Of a DNA stretch of 64,000 nt, positions 51,866 to 64,000 are shown one piece after another. Both the position numbers and the translations under genes were made by a program. Source of the DNA: Rhizophagus irregularis (lineage: Eukaryota); NCBI RefSeq assembly GCF_026210795.1, contig NC_089433.1, forward strand, positions 2,914,001 through 2,978,000, in the 5' to 3' direction. The notes under the pieces were generated by a model. That model ran no database searches, was not told the origin of the DNA, and worked only from the letters and a program-made list of their open reading frames with translations. Within the stretch, counting starts at the first letter, position 1. Every line of letters starts with the position of its first letter.

Positions 51866-54104
51866 TTATTCATTAATTCTTTCAGTAAACACAAGTTTTA
51901 TATCAATGGGAGTTAGTAAAAAATGAGACCTTAATAATATTTTGTCCTTGTTAACGTTATTTTCAGGAAGGACCCATTTATATCTGAGCACTTTAATAGA
52001 AATGATATTAAATAACTTAACTATGAACAAAATAAAACAATACAAATATACTTTACTTACGGAACATTGAAAGAACAACTCTTTGTTGTAATAAAGTGAG
52101 ATTTTGTCCGACACTATAAAAATGTTTTAAGAAAAATTTAAAATTTAAAATATGATAAAATTATTTTATATTTGTAAAAAAAAAAGTATTTGCTATATAT
52201 ACCAATTTCTTGGACCAGCAGAAAAAGGAATCCAAGCAAATTTGTCTCTTTTTTCGTCACTTGATAAGAATCTTTCAGGGTTGTATTGATTAGGATTTTC
52301 CCAATATTTTGGATCACGATGAATTTTCCAAGTATTTATCATACATGTAGAGTTTATTGGTAAAATGTAGGAGCCAACCTTAATTGGCTTCTTTAATCTT
52401 CTAACAGTTAATATTGGTGTCGGTGGATGGGTTCGTAAAGTTTCTTTAATAATTGCATTGACATATTTCAATTCCTAATATATATATAGTTATATACAGA
52501 CATACAGTATATAATTAATATATATGATTTTGGATGAAATACAATAAAATCGTGAAATGTGGGAACAAATAAATGATTGTAATGATTTAATAGTACCTTT
52601 AATTGATCTAAACTTGGTATAATTGGTTCGTTACCAAGAATACGGATTACTTCTGCTCGTGCTTTTTCTTGCATTTCCTATTCATTTTGAATTACAAAAA
52701 GATTAATAAAAAGATGTAAATTTTGAAAAATCAACCGCAAATTCTACTACTTACTGGATATTTTGCAAGAAAATAAAGCGAAACACTCAATGCCGTTGTA
52801 GTGGCTAAAAAAAATTTTTTAAAAAGTTTTAAATAAAGATCTTCGTAATTCATGGATATAATTTTCTGTTCCCGAAAAACTTTATGTCCTAATACGCACT
52901 ATAACAGATAACGCGCAGTTTTAAATTACTTACTGTCATGTCCTGCAGTAAAAAAGGTCGCTATCTCATCTCTCAATTGATGTTTATCAATATTAATTTC
53001 TCCTTGTTTTATCATGCTCGTTAATAAATCATGACCATTATAAGAATCTTTCTTCATCTCATTTCTTTTCGTCTCTATAATATCATTAATGAATCCATCA
53101 AATTCTTTAATAGCATCCAAGTATTTTTTGTTAGATTCTAAAGGTAATTCACTTATCCATGGAAATACACGACGGAAAGGAGATCCAAGAACTGAAACAA
53201 TATATTCATAAACACTTATGAGACGAGGAACTTCTTGAGACTCTAAACACTAAAATAATTTTTTTTAATAAGTTAAATAATAATTATAAAAAAAATATAC
53301 AAAAATATTTTCCAACCCTTACCCCAAACTTATATCCAAAGGCAAATTTTCCCAATGCTTCAATTGAAATACGTCGCATAGGTTCGATTATATTAATTGG
53401 TCGATTTAAATTTGGGTTCATGAAAGTAAAAAGATCCATTGTAATTTCACCAACAACCTCTGGATATTGATGTGAAGCAAGATTTAATGCAGAATCCGCT
53501 AATTTTCTAGTAGATCTCCATTTCTGTTAATTTTACTTAAGTATTAACGATTTTACTTAGGAATCAACAAAATTAAGTTATAAAAATCGAAGTCGAGATT
53601 ACGCACGTCTCCATTAGTTAATGATAAACCACATCCGAAAAATTTATCAAAAAAAACATTATCAGTTTTTGAATAGTACTTGATAGCAACATCCTCTAAA
53701 AAGTAATTTAATTATTTAAAGGAAAGTTTTTGTTATGTTTCAACATTAAAAAAAACAAATCACCTGATTCAGTTAATAAAATTTTAGCGTATTCAGGATT
53801 GTTGAGAACAATGCCGAACTGACTCTAATAAAAGTAAATATAATTATATAATTGTAAATAAGAGAAAAATTAGCGTATCATGTGACATTACCAAATAAAT
53901 ATCATGATGACCTCCTATAAGTTCTTGAACTAAATCTTCAACTTCATCGTAATTTTTTTGTTGGAAATAAGCCCACAATATTTTTAATAAAGAAATAAAT
54001 GAAATATATGGAATATTCTCAAGACCTTCAGGTTTTTTATTAAATTTACGAATGAAATTAATAATAAAACCAAATGTAATAGCGAAAAATATTAAAGCAA
54101 ACAT
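51866..54104 (-). CDS. Cytochrome P450 of a different family from its neighbours
   Basis: Anchor MFALIFFAITFGFII, FFTAGHD(T), KETLR, HRDP..W..P..YNPERF, WIPFSAGPRN|CVG. Multi-exon. Confidence 0.93.
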
Positions 54105-54567
54105 TTTTTGTTCTTATAGTTAATTCGTGATTCATATGAGAACCAGAGCTATTTATATTAAAAAATCGGGGATATCAGTATAAATTTGTAATGATATAAT
54201 GATATAGCATATGCAACTCATGCGTGGTACATCACTTAATACGGTATTACACACGTTTCAAAAAATAAAAACCGGAAAAAGAAATGCATCATATAAATTT
54301 TTTAATTTTTTAAAAGAAAATTTAATTGAAAATCTAATTTTTAAAATCTGCCGATCAAATTGTCCGATCTAATTATCCATTCAAAAATTATTTATACGGG
54401 GTAAACTAAACGTTACCGATCGACAGGAATTTTATTAGTATATTAAATCAAGAAATTGATTTATTAGCAGGGGAGCTGCTATTTGATTTATTTCATTGCA
54501 TTATAAAACAATAAGGACGATTAAATAAATCATAAATACTTTTTTGAATTTTTATTTCAAAATTTTT

Positions 54568-55030
54568 AGAAAAGAGAAAAAATAAATCAAAAAAGGAAGT
54601 CCATTTCCTTTTTTATTTTTATAAATATTTTATTTTTTTTATTTTTTCAACGAAAAAAATGTTTTTTTTATGAAAAGAGAAAAAGATCAATCAAAAAAGG
54701 AAGGCCATTTCCTTTTTTATTTTTATAAATTATTTTTTATTGGTTTTTTTTCAACGAAAAAAGCGTTTTTTATGAAAAAAAAGAGAAAAAGATAAATCAA
54801 AAAAGGAAGGCCATTTCCTTTTTTATTTTTATAAATTATTTTTTTGAATTTTTTTCAACGAAAAAAAGTGTTTTTTTTATAAAAAGAGAAAAAGATCAAT
54901 CAAAAAAGGAAAACCATTTCCTTTTTTATTTTTATAAATTTTTGTTGATTTTTTTTTTTAACAAAAAAATAAAAGATTTTTACGAAAAGAGAAAAGGGTA
55001 AATCAAAAATGGGAAATTATTTCCTTTTCA
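54568..55030. repeat. Tandem repeat of about 105-bp units, 5 copies, each with a small inverted repeat
   Basis: aaaagagaaaaagat(a/c)aatcaaaaaaggaaggccatttccttttttatttttataaat recurs near 54570, 54673, 54779, 54882 and 54985. Confidence 0.9.
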
Positions 55031-56800
55031 ATCAAAAAAAAATCTAAAAAACGTTAGTTTTGCTATACTTTTATTTTTATTAATGGGTTCCTAGTTTTGC
55101 TATACTTTTTAACATATATATAAAATTATCTGAGACCTTTTTTTCCCAATTTGGATTATGGTTAGATTAAAATGCAAAATCTAAACCATAAAAATGCACT
55201 AACTAACCCATAAAAACGTACAAATTTTGATTGTTAATGATCTAATGCATTCCAGGATATGATCATCATTTCGGCACAAAAAAATCTATCGAATTATTTG
55301 ATGTGTTTTAAATATCAAGGAGATAATCATCGTATCAGAATGATCCTCTCAATACGGAGATTCCGAAATGATTTATTTTTCCATTGGGACAAAATGTATA
55401 GTATCATCATTTTTATCGCTTGAGTTATCAAAACAATTAACTAAAAAGTAATAATATTCAAGGAGTTATTTCAATTTATTAAAAAATATTATTACATTTT
55501 CATTTTGTTTTCAAAATTATATAAATTTTGAAAACTTATACATAAATAAATAGTAAATAATCATCTGTTTAAATATGTAAAACACTTGATAAAAGACACC
55601 CGTAACAGATTTAACTAATTACTTAAGCTCATATTTCTTTAAAAATCTTCCGCCCTTCCCAGCTCTTTTCGTGGTTGGTGATAAGGAAATTAATGTAATT
55701 TTGAATTTCTTCATAACGCATCAAAAAGATATGCATGTAAAAATTTCAAAAAATTAAGAAAATGTGATTGTACGTATTAAATTTATCTACTGTATTTATT
55801 AACATACAAAATTTTAACATAAAATGTTTATTTACAGTTTTATATGGTTCAATTTAGTAGACGGTGCCTGACAATAGAAATAAAACAACAAAATCAAGGA
55901 GGTGATAATTTAGAGATGGACGCGTCAAGATTTAGTGATACGTCATAGTGGGTTTATTTTAATTCATTTTGTATTTTTTTACACGTTATTTATATTTTAA
56001 CACATTTTCTGTAAAAATCTTTTTGGATTTAATATTTTTACTTTTATTTTAATTTGTTTTAATAAATTTCATATATCTATTTATTAAAATTTATTATTTA
56101 CCGCGTATAAATTTAATGATCGGCAATGATCGGCAAATTAGGAATGTTTCATGTTTCATTAGTGCTTCAAAATTATTATTTAATGAAAATCATTTCGGTC
56201 CTACCATTATATGCGCAATGCTACTATCGGAACAAGCCTTTAATTGTTAAATTCCGATCACTGGTTTCGGATATATTTTAAGTTATCCGAAATCTGACAA
56301 TCCGGGATCAATCCGTAAACGAATCGAAGCACTACTTGCCATAACACTTAACGAAAATTCTTTTTTTTTTTTCTTATTTAACTAAATACATATGTGAATG
56401 TATTAAAATATTAATTTTTTTTCTCAGTACAATATTAAATATATGATCTTTACTTTTAAACCCATGTTCGGTCCCGTTTAAATAATTCAAATAAATTACT
56501 ATGATTATTCACATGCAATATCATGATTTTCACGGCTGCACCATGAAATATTCCGTATCCGGAATATAATATTTCCATCAATTTAATAATTCATAAAATT
56601 TGGGGGATCATGTTAAACGAACTTTTAAATTGGCAAGGCCTAATTGTGCCGAATGATAGACTGCAAAATTGAAATCATATTGCATCGATCTTTATACAAT
56701 ATATATCATGGAAAGTATCCAAAAATTATAAATTTAAATTTTGGCTTTTTTACCCTTTGTTTTTTTTTTAAAACAAGCTTTTAATCAATCTTTTTTTCAA

Positions 56801-58670
56801 ATGTTTCAAACCATTGTTTTAGGATTTATTTTATTGACAACGCTCTATATTTTAAAGCATCCGCGTGATCCAAAATTGGTAATATATTAACTAATACTAA
56901 TATTACTATAAATAAAATTTTACTGGAAACGCTCCTTTTCTTAAAAAAATTTTCTTTTCATTAGAATATGCCACCACTCGTTCGTTATAAAATTCCAATT
57001 ATTGGACATACGTTTAGATATACGTTTAATTGTGAAAAATTCCTTGGTCAATGCAGAAAAGAGGTTGGTAAAATAGCGCATTAAATTTATTTACTTCATT
57101 AATATAAACTTTTTTTTAAATTACTGTATTAGTATGGTGAAATGTTTAGTTTATATATATGGGGTCGAACAATTACGTTTGTTGGTAAAGTAGTTATCCG
57201 TATTTTTTGATTTAACATTTCAGTGATGCGGAATTAATATTATACCATACTTATAGGAAAAGAATATACGCATGAAGTACTCTCAAGAAGTGACGTGTTT
57301 GATTTTGGGGTACTGTTTAGAAAAATGATACCTGGTGATGTCATGTATACGAGTATTGATAATTTTGGCGATCTAAGATCTTATGGAAAAATGATTAGAG
57401 GATCATCTATTTCAAATAAATTGAATTTATATACTGAACGCATACAAAAATCACTTTATTTGGCCACTCAAAAACACATTGGTGATTGTAATGATCAAAA
57501 AGTAATTTATAATATTTATTCTGCGATAACAAAAATTATTTCAGCTTCTATCGCAAATGTTTTTATTGGTGAAGTAAGTAATATTGTGAGATTTTGTTTA
57601 AAAAAATATGTTAAAATTTTAAAATTTTCTTTCTGATTTTTTATTTCTTAGGAGGAATCAGAATATGATGATGTTATAAGCACTTTCGCGGAATTTACAA
57701 AAGATATAGCAGTATTTTTTTTAATTCCTCCAATTTTTGATTTAATTTTTCCGGGTCTTCAAGATTTTGTTAAACGTATTCCAATAAGATTAGGGTTGTA
57801 TAATCCGGTAACTAGACATGTAAATACGCTTATTAAACATGTTAAACATCAAGTTGATAAGCGTTTAAGAGAGAAACAAAAATATGGTGATTCATGGAAG
57901 CGACCTACTGATTTACTTCAAGATTTTATGGAACAAAAAAGTTTTGACCCCAATAATATTAATTATACTGCATTGGCAAGTAATTTAAGCATATTTATTT
58001 TTGCTTCAATTCATTCAACATCAAGAGCTTGTGCAAATGTTGTTGTGGATTTAGCATCTCGACCTGAGTATATGCAAGAATTGTATGAAGAACAATTGGA
58101 AATTCATAAAAAGACTGATGAAAATGGTATACTTCCATTTGAATCACTTAAAGAAAAATGAAAAATTTAGATAGTTTTATTAGAGAATCATTAAGATTTA
58201 CCGGAGATGTAGCTGCACTTCCACATTGGGTATTAAAAAATCACACATTTTCTAATGGATTGCAAGTACCAAAAGGTCATGTAGTTGATATTTATTCTTA
58301 CGATACTTATCATGATGAATCACTACAAGGTCCAAATCCAACATCATTTGAACCACATAGACATAACGTTCCAGCATCAAAAGTTGGTAGAAATTTCCTG
58401 ACATTTGGAGGTGGTAAACATATGTAAGAATAATATTCAACTTAATTATTTTTGAAACAAATATAAAATATCAATCTAATTAAATATCATAAATTATTTA
58501 GGTGCCCTGGAAGATTTCTTGCTATAAATGAAATTAAATTTTTTATGCATAATGCTATTTTAAATTATAATATCCGTACAGAAAGTGGTAAAATTGAGGA
58601 TAAATTCAGGTTAGGTCCTGTAGCACTCCCAAGTAATAATGGAATCATTTTCGAGAAGAGGGCTAAATGA
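56801..58670 (+). pseudogene. Cytochrome P450 paralog with one frameshift (pseudogene or homopolymer error)
   Basis: Same exon layout as 47383-49246, with FASIHST, LDSFIRESLR and FGGGKHM|CPG. The frame breaks at aaagaaaaatgaaaaat (about 58150-58166), where KEMKN would need two fewer A. Confidence 0.8.
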
Positions 58671-58717
58671 ATTAAATATTATTTATGTTAATTTTAATTT
58701 TTTCATTCTGTAACTAT

Positions 58718-58810
58718 CTATATATTTTTATTCCGCATCTGTATATTTTTTATTCTGCATCTATATATCATTTATTCCGCATCTATACATCATTTATTCT
58801 GCATCTATAG
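58718..58810. repeat. About 23-bp minisatellite (tttattc(c/t)gcatctatata), 4 copies
   Basis: Visible tandem units just after the P450 stop codon. Confidence 0.8.
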
Positions 58811-59856
58811 TATATCTTTATTCATGTTTATGCTTATTCTATATGTAACAAGCTTGCTTAACTGATTTTAACTTTTATAATTTGTTCATGGAGAATTTTG
58901 AGGCGCAGTTAATTTAATGCAATTTAATATACACGGAATTTTTTTTTATTTTATTTCTTTATTGTCTTTAATAAAGACTTACAAACTTGGTATAGAAACT
59001 ATATGATTGGCATAAACCAGAATAATAGTTCTTCAAACTGTTTTCAATATCTAATTATTTGTATTGTCAATAAACACATGGACTGTTTCTTCTTTTTCTA
59101 TCGAATTAGTCTAATTACATTTGGCTTTATACAGTATCTCTCTTCAAAAATTCGAGACGTTTAGATTAGCCCGTATAAATAACTGATAATTTTAAATTGT
59201 GCAATGCATAATGCATCTGCGCCAGGTCTATCATGATTTCACTTTGTGAATGCCGATCATTCTAACCATATCATAATTCATATTCATATTCATTCATATA
59301 TATTATACTATATTATATATTATATATTATTATTATTATTATTATTATTATGGGTTTAAAATTTGTGCGCATGTGCGCACCCCACGTGACTTATTAAAAT
59401 TAGTTAAATTCTTTACTGAAACCCATGAAATCGGGGCTTTGTAGTATCCATATTGCCACCACTTACATAGTAGGCGTACGGCTACTTTATGTTATTTTCA
59501 ACGCGATATTAAATATTTAATATAGACAAATGTATAGAAGTGATACAGTAGTTATGAAGCAACTATATAGGAAATGTAAAAGTAAATATATTGCTAATTT
59601 AAAGTAAACATATAGATAATACAAAGGTGCTATGTAATAAAGTTGTAGTAAATATACGTTAAATGTAAAGTAAATTCATGTATTCTTCGCATTGTAAATA
59701 TATATTCTATAAGTAATATTAAATAATTAATGTTCTCCGAAAGTATAACAAATTTAAAATATAAAAAATGAACGAACTTAAGTGTTAATTTGATCATGGT
59801 ACGAAATAAACAAAAAATTATCTCATTATTTATTATTATACTATTACCTGTATTAA

Positions 59857-62690
59857 TTAAACAGCTGCGAAAAAAAATTCGTTTTTTAAATAATGATTAT
59901 TTTCCAGAAAATGATCAGATTCCTTGCATCTTGCGTTACAATCATGTACAAAATACGCCTTCTGAACTTTATTTATGACCGTCAATGGAAATATCTTGCA
60001 ATAATAATCATCGTGACGAAGGACGAAGATTGGACAATCCAATTTGTTGTGTTTCTTATAGGTATCTTCAAACCAATCGACATAAATAAATGGATAATAA
60101 TATCCATCATTGTTCTGGTGTTTAAAAATACCTTTGATAACCGCATAACTTTCCCCATAATCAACCTCTTTAATCGTCACTATATCGCCCTTATTCAAAT
60201 GACATTGGATTTTGACATTTTGCACAACTTGGATGTAAGATACATATTCGTAAAAATTACAAGCCTTATTAATCAATGATGCGTGATATCCAAAACTTTT
60301 ATATGCAAGAGCCAAATCAGAATGAAACGAAATTGTATTAATTCCAATATTCGTGTTGCGAATTGATGCTGGCTTTCTTAATACTATATTCCGAAACTCA
60401 CTAGATTGTAAACATACTAATAAAAAATGTTAGAATGTATATACTTTAACTATATAAAGAAATTAATATTACCTTCTAGTTTTTCGTTATTCATTTCTGA
60501 ATTTTCCATAATAAACCAATCTTTGAATAAGCTATCAGAATTTTGAGATAAGTTCATAAATTCAACACTAGATCGTAAATTTCAAGGATCAATTCCACCA
60601 TCTACAAAATACCGAATAGATTGTAAGGTTTAGTTGTATACCGTTTTAATAAGTCTAATTCAATATTCTTGAAATTTGTATGTGGAACTATGTTTTTAAA
60701 GATACGATGGACCATTTCTTTTATTCCGACTGCCGTATTTGTAAGAGTACTGAATGTTCTTGCATGTCGCAATAAATGGTAATTAGCGTGAAGGTTAGGG
60801 AGATCCATGAATTCATTGGATAACTGTAATAAGTATAAATAAGTATAACATAGTCATAGTTAGTAGAACTAAATCCAAATTACCCAAATGTAAGGAATTT
60901 ATTCTTTTTCAGTTTCAAAGGCCTAATAAAATTGAAATTTATAATATTTTTTTTTTTGTAACAACTATAAATTTTACCTCAATCAATGCTTTTCGTTCTT
61001 TATTCAAATAATTTTCAAGCTCTATATAGTCATTCTTTGTTAACGAAATCTTAAATGCCAACTGGGAATATTTAGCTACAGTTGCCCAGCACTTGATAAT
61101 ATTAGAAATTACTTGATTGCGATTCATGTTTGTTTGCTCTTGTAGTTTTTCTATTTCTTGTGGCTTTAAACAATTAATGGTCAGCGATCTATTTAAAATA
61201 AATGGCTTTACCATTCCCAATCGAAGTCGATCAGACATCATAAAAGTTTCGATATGACTAATAGGATTTGGAAGCTTTGACCATTGACGAGGGTATTCGA
61301 ATGATTTCCAGACACTAATAAAATTTCTTTCACCTTCTGGAGATAACATGGAAATTGTTACTTTTAGTAGTTTTAATGTTTGCCCGGCTATTATGTGATA
61401 AATATCTTGTGGTGACTGCAAGTGTCATTCACGTTGAAGTTGATCAAGAATTGGCAATCAAGTTTGTAAACCGTATTCCTTTGCAATATTGTTTTGTTGC
61501 CTAAGAGTTGAAGCTGTGAAGATCTTTTTGAATTGGGAGTCAGTAATATGGTGATAACGGGATACACTGGCAATATCTAATATAAGATCTGTCAAGTTTT
61601 CTTTAGTGACCAGACATATTCTACACCCCCTTATCGCACCATGGCATTTTACACCTGCTAAATCGTTTTCTTGGGGTAGGTCTGCAGTAACGCATCCAAG
61701 GCTAGCTATGATCCAGCAATCTATTCCTTGGATGTTCATCAATGTTCCTTTTTCCAACCGCTTCATATCTTTAATGAAAGGACGAATGAAATCCTCAAAA
61801 CAACCACCGAAGGGAACAAAACCTAAAACAAAATGGTTGCGAACAAAGTTTTCTTATATCAAATGGCATATTTCCCAATTGAACATAAACTCCACTTAAG
61901 GAATGGTAAACATTTCAATAGGTACCGAAGTCATTATAGTAGATATCAATAAATATCTTCAAAACTCGTAGATTCCTATATTGTAGTGGTGGTAAACTTA
62001 GAACAAAATATTCGCCTGGATGCTTGTAATCTAGCGTCACATTTCGCATTTTCAAATAACTATTACTTTTGTATAAAATTTCTTTAATAAAAATTCCATC
62101 AGTAGTATTTGTTTCACGAATAATCATAATATTAACTTTTCTAATGATCTCATAAGTATTTGCAATAATACTACCTTCTTTTAAATATTGATCTACCATT
62201 CACAATTGCGATTCCTTCGTAATTGATCGAGAATTAGAGTGAAAATTGTTTGGTAATTCGTTATACATTGTATTTTTACCCGAAGTTCATCATTAACCAA
62301 TATTATTGATCGTATTCGTCCAAATCTTCGATTACCATTTTCTATATATAAAACAAATTCACTTGGTCAATAAATTTCTAAATACCAAAGAAGTATAAGA
62401 TAAGTTACATACATTTATTTCATTTACAATAATAATAAATCGAAAGTACCTCCATTGATGGCTATTTTTTCTTGGCCAAACAATGGTGATTCAGCCCAAA
62501 GATCCCCATGCCAATATTCCTTTTTTTCTTCAAATTCTATTTCCGGTCCGAAGTATAATGTATTGTAGAGTGACGGATTATTTAATATATTCTGAATAAT
62601 ATCACAAATTGACAAATAATAACAAGACTTTGTTCCTTTAGACGTAAATGGCGTCTTCTTTGGATTTATTCTAACAGGATGCGTCCATAT
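59857..62690 (-). mobile_element. Decayed intron-containing transposase-like gene (Plavaka/CACTA-type)
   Basis: Fragments WHGDLWAESPLFG, IDIYYNDFGTY, NHFVLGFVPFGG, VTADLPQ.NDLAG, HGAIRGCR.C, QDIYH, PNLHANYHL, KEMVHRIFK, YVDWF. Several stops and frameshifts. The superfamily call is from recollected motif similarity. Confidence 0.65.
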
Positions 62691-62919
62691 TAAAGCTATA
62701 ATCGGATTGGTCCTAATCCGACAACCCAGACCGAAAATTCAGATTGGTCCAGTCTGGGTTGATGCTTCAACCCGGACCAAAATATTTGGTCCAGTCCGGT
62801 CCGGTTTCGGATTATAAATCTAACCTGGACTGAAAAAACGGGTTGGGACTGAACCGGACTGATAAATATTTTCGCAATGGTTTATATTAAAACCGTTGCG
62901 ATTATTTAATTATTAAATA

Positions 62920-63828
62920 AAAAAACGTTGCATAACGTTTTTTTTAACATATTATTATAAAAAAAATGTTTGCGCAACGTTTTTTTAATTAATTTAAAGA
63001 AAAAATGTTGCGCAACGTTTTTTCTAAGTATATTTATTAAAAAAAACGTTTGCGCAATGTTTTTCTAATTAGTTTAAAGAAAAAACGTTGCAAAACGTTT
63101 TTTCTTATCATATTTAATTAGAAAAAATGTTTGCGCAACATTTTTCTAATTAGTTTAAAGAAAAAACATTGCGCAACATTTTTTCTTATCATATTTAATT
63201 AGAAAAAATGTTTGCGTAATGTTTTTCTAATTAGTTTAAAGAAAAAACGTTGCGAAACGTTTTTTCTTATCATATTTAATTAGAAAAAACGTTTTCTAAT
63301 TAGTTTAAAGAAAAAACGTTGCGAAACGTTTTTTCTTAGGCCAAAGAAATAAAATTATTCGTTTCTCATGAAAAAAAATTGCTAAATTTGACCCAGCCGC
63401 CCAGAAAAAAAATTATTTTTTAATAAAGATTTAGCCGATTCCTAGAAGTTGATTGGTTGATTTAATAAATTTTTGCCCGGGTCACCGGGTGGAAAAAAAA
63501 ATTATTTTTTTATGATTATGATTGGTCAAAACTAAAATCACATAACTAAATAAAATATCTTTTTTTAACATTTACATGACCCGCCCGGTTATGAGAAACG
63601 AATAATTTTATTTACTTGGCCTTATCATATTTAATTAGAAAAAATGTTTGCGCCACATTTTTCTAATTAACTTAACGAAAAAACGTTGCAAAATGTTTTT
63701 TCTAATTATATTTAATTAGAAAAAACGTTTTCGCAACATTTTTTTAATTAACTTAACGAAAAAATGTTGTGAAATGTTTTTTTTAAGTAATTATAATTAA
63801 AAAACATTTTCGCAACATTTTTTTATTA
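62920..63828. repeat. Satellite of palindromic about 33-37-bp units (aaaaaacgttgcgcaacgtttttt core)
   Basis: More than 15 visible self-complementary units, alternating between two spacer variants. Confidence 0.9.
63339..63621. mobile_element. PIF/Harbinger (Tourist-like) MITE
   Basis: TIR ggccaaagaaataaaattattcgtttctcat / atgagaaacgaataattttatttacttggcc. TTA duplicated on both sides, splitting the host unit ttttcttatcatat. Confidence 0.9.
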
Positions 63829-64000
63829 TAGGACCAGACCAGACCAGACCAAAATAACTGGTCCGGTCCGGTCTGATCCTGGATTCTCCTTTTAATATAA
63901 ACCGGACCGGACCGAAATGAACTAATTTTTCGGTCTGGTCTTGGGTTACTCTCCAACCCGGACCAATCCGGACCATTTAGAGCTTTATGAAGTACATCCA

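Larger units (their letters stand above)
62691..63987. mobile_element. Non-autonomous TIR element with GGACC-rich ends and internal satellite
   Basis: Left taaagctataatcggattggtcc versus the reverse complement of the right end, taaagctctaaatggtccggattggtcc. It truncates the transposase-like frame at 62690. Confidence 0.75.

Noticed and set aside
59790..60279. Plus-strand ORFs 59790-59978 and 59893-60279, and 61606-61899
   Set aside because: They are antisense shadows of the transposase-like gene.
62920..63828. Palindromic repeats with spacers resembling a CRISPR array
   Set aside because: The spacers are themselves repeated and short, there are no cas genes, the context is eukaryotic, and the array lies inside a TIR element.

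Overview
This is very AT-rich eukaryotic DNA with many short GT-AG introns. Its gene content (tyrosine-kinase-like kinases with repeated N-lobe modules, BTB-BACK-TLDc, a Crinkler remnant, several P450s, many small DNA transposons) best fits an arbuscular mycorrhizal fungus (Glomeromycotina, Rhizophagus-like); this is an inference from gene families. Conserved genes are PIG-C/GPI2, Aquarius (AQR) and WDR46/UTP7. Accessory content includes two TKL kinases (one probably disabled), a SERTA-like gene, a secreted Cys-rich protein, a GPI-anchored cupredoxin, three clustered P450s and a decayed Plavaka/CACTA-like transposase with nested insertions. The top finding is below the ORF-track size cutoff: two tandemly duplicated 31-codon genes (16341-16436 and 18788-18883, + strand), MNPI(I/T)(N/S)TKP(V/I)VIVTSEVTEKPGNPTNS-CSIM-stop. 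They have the architecture of fungal farnesylated lipopeptide (a-factor-like) mating pheromone precursors, with conserved TATA and pheromone-response-like upstream motifs, in a lineage where no sexual cycle has been observed. Coordinates and exon borders were read by eye.
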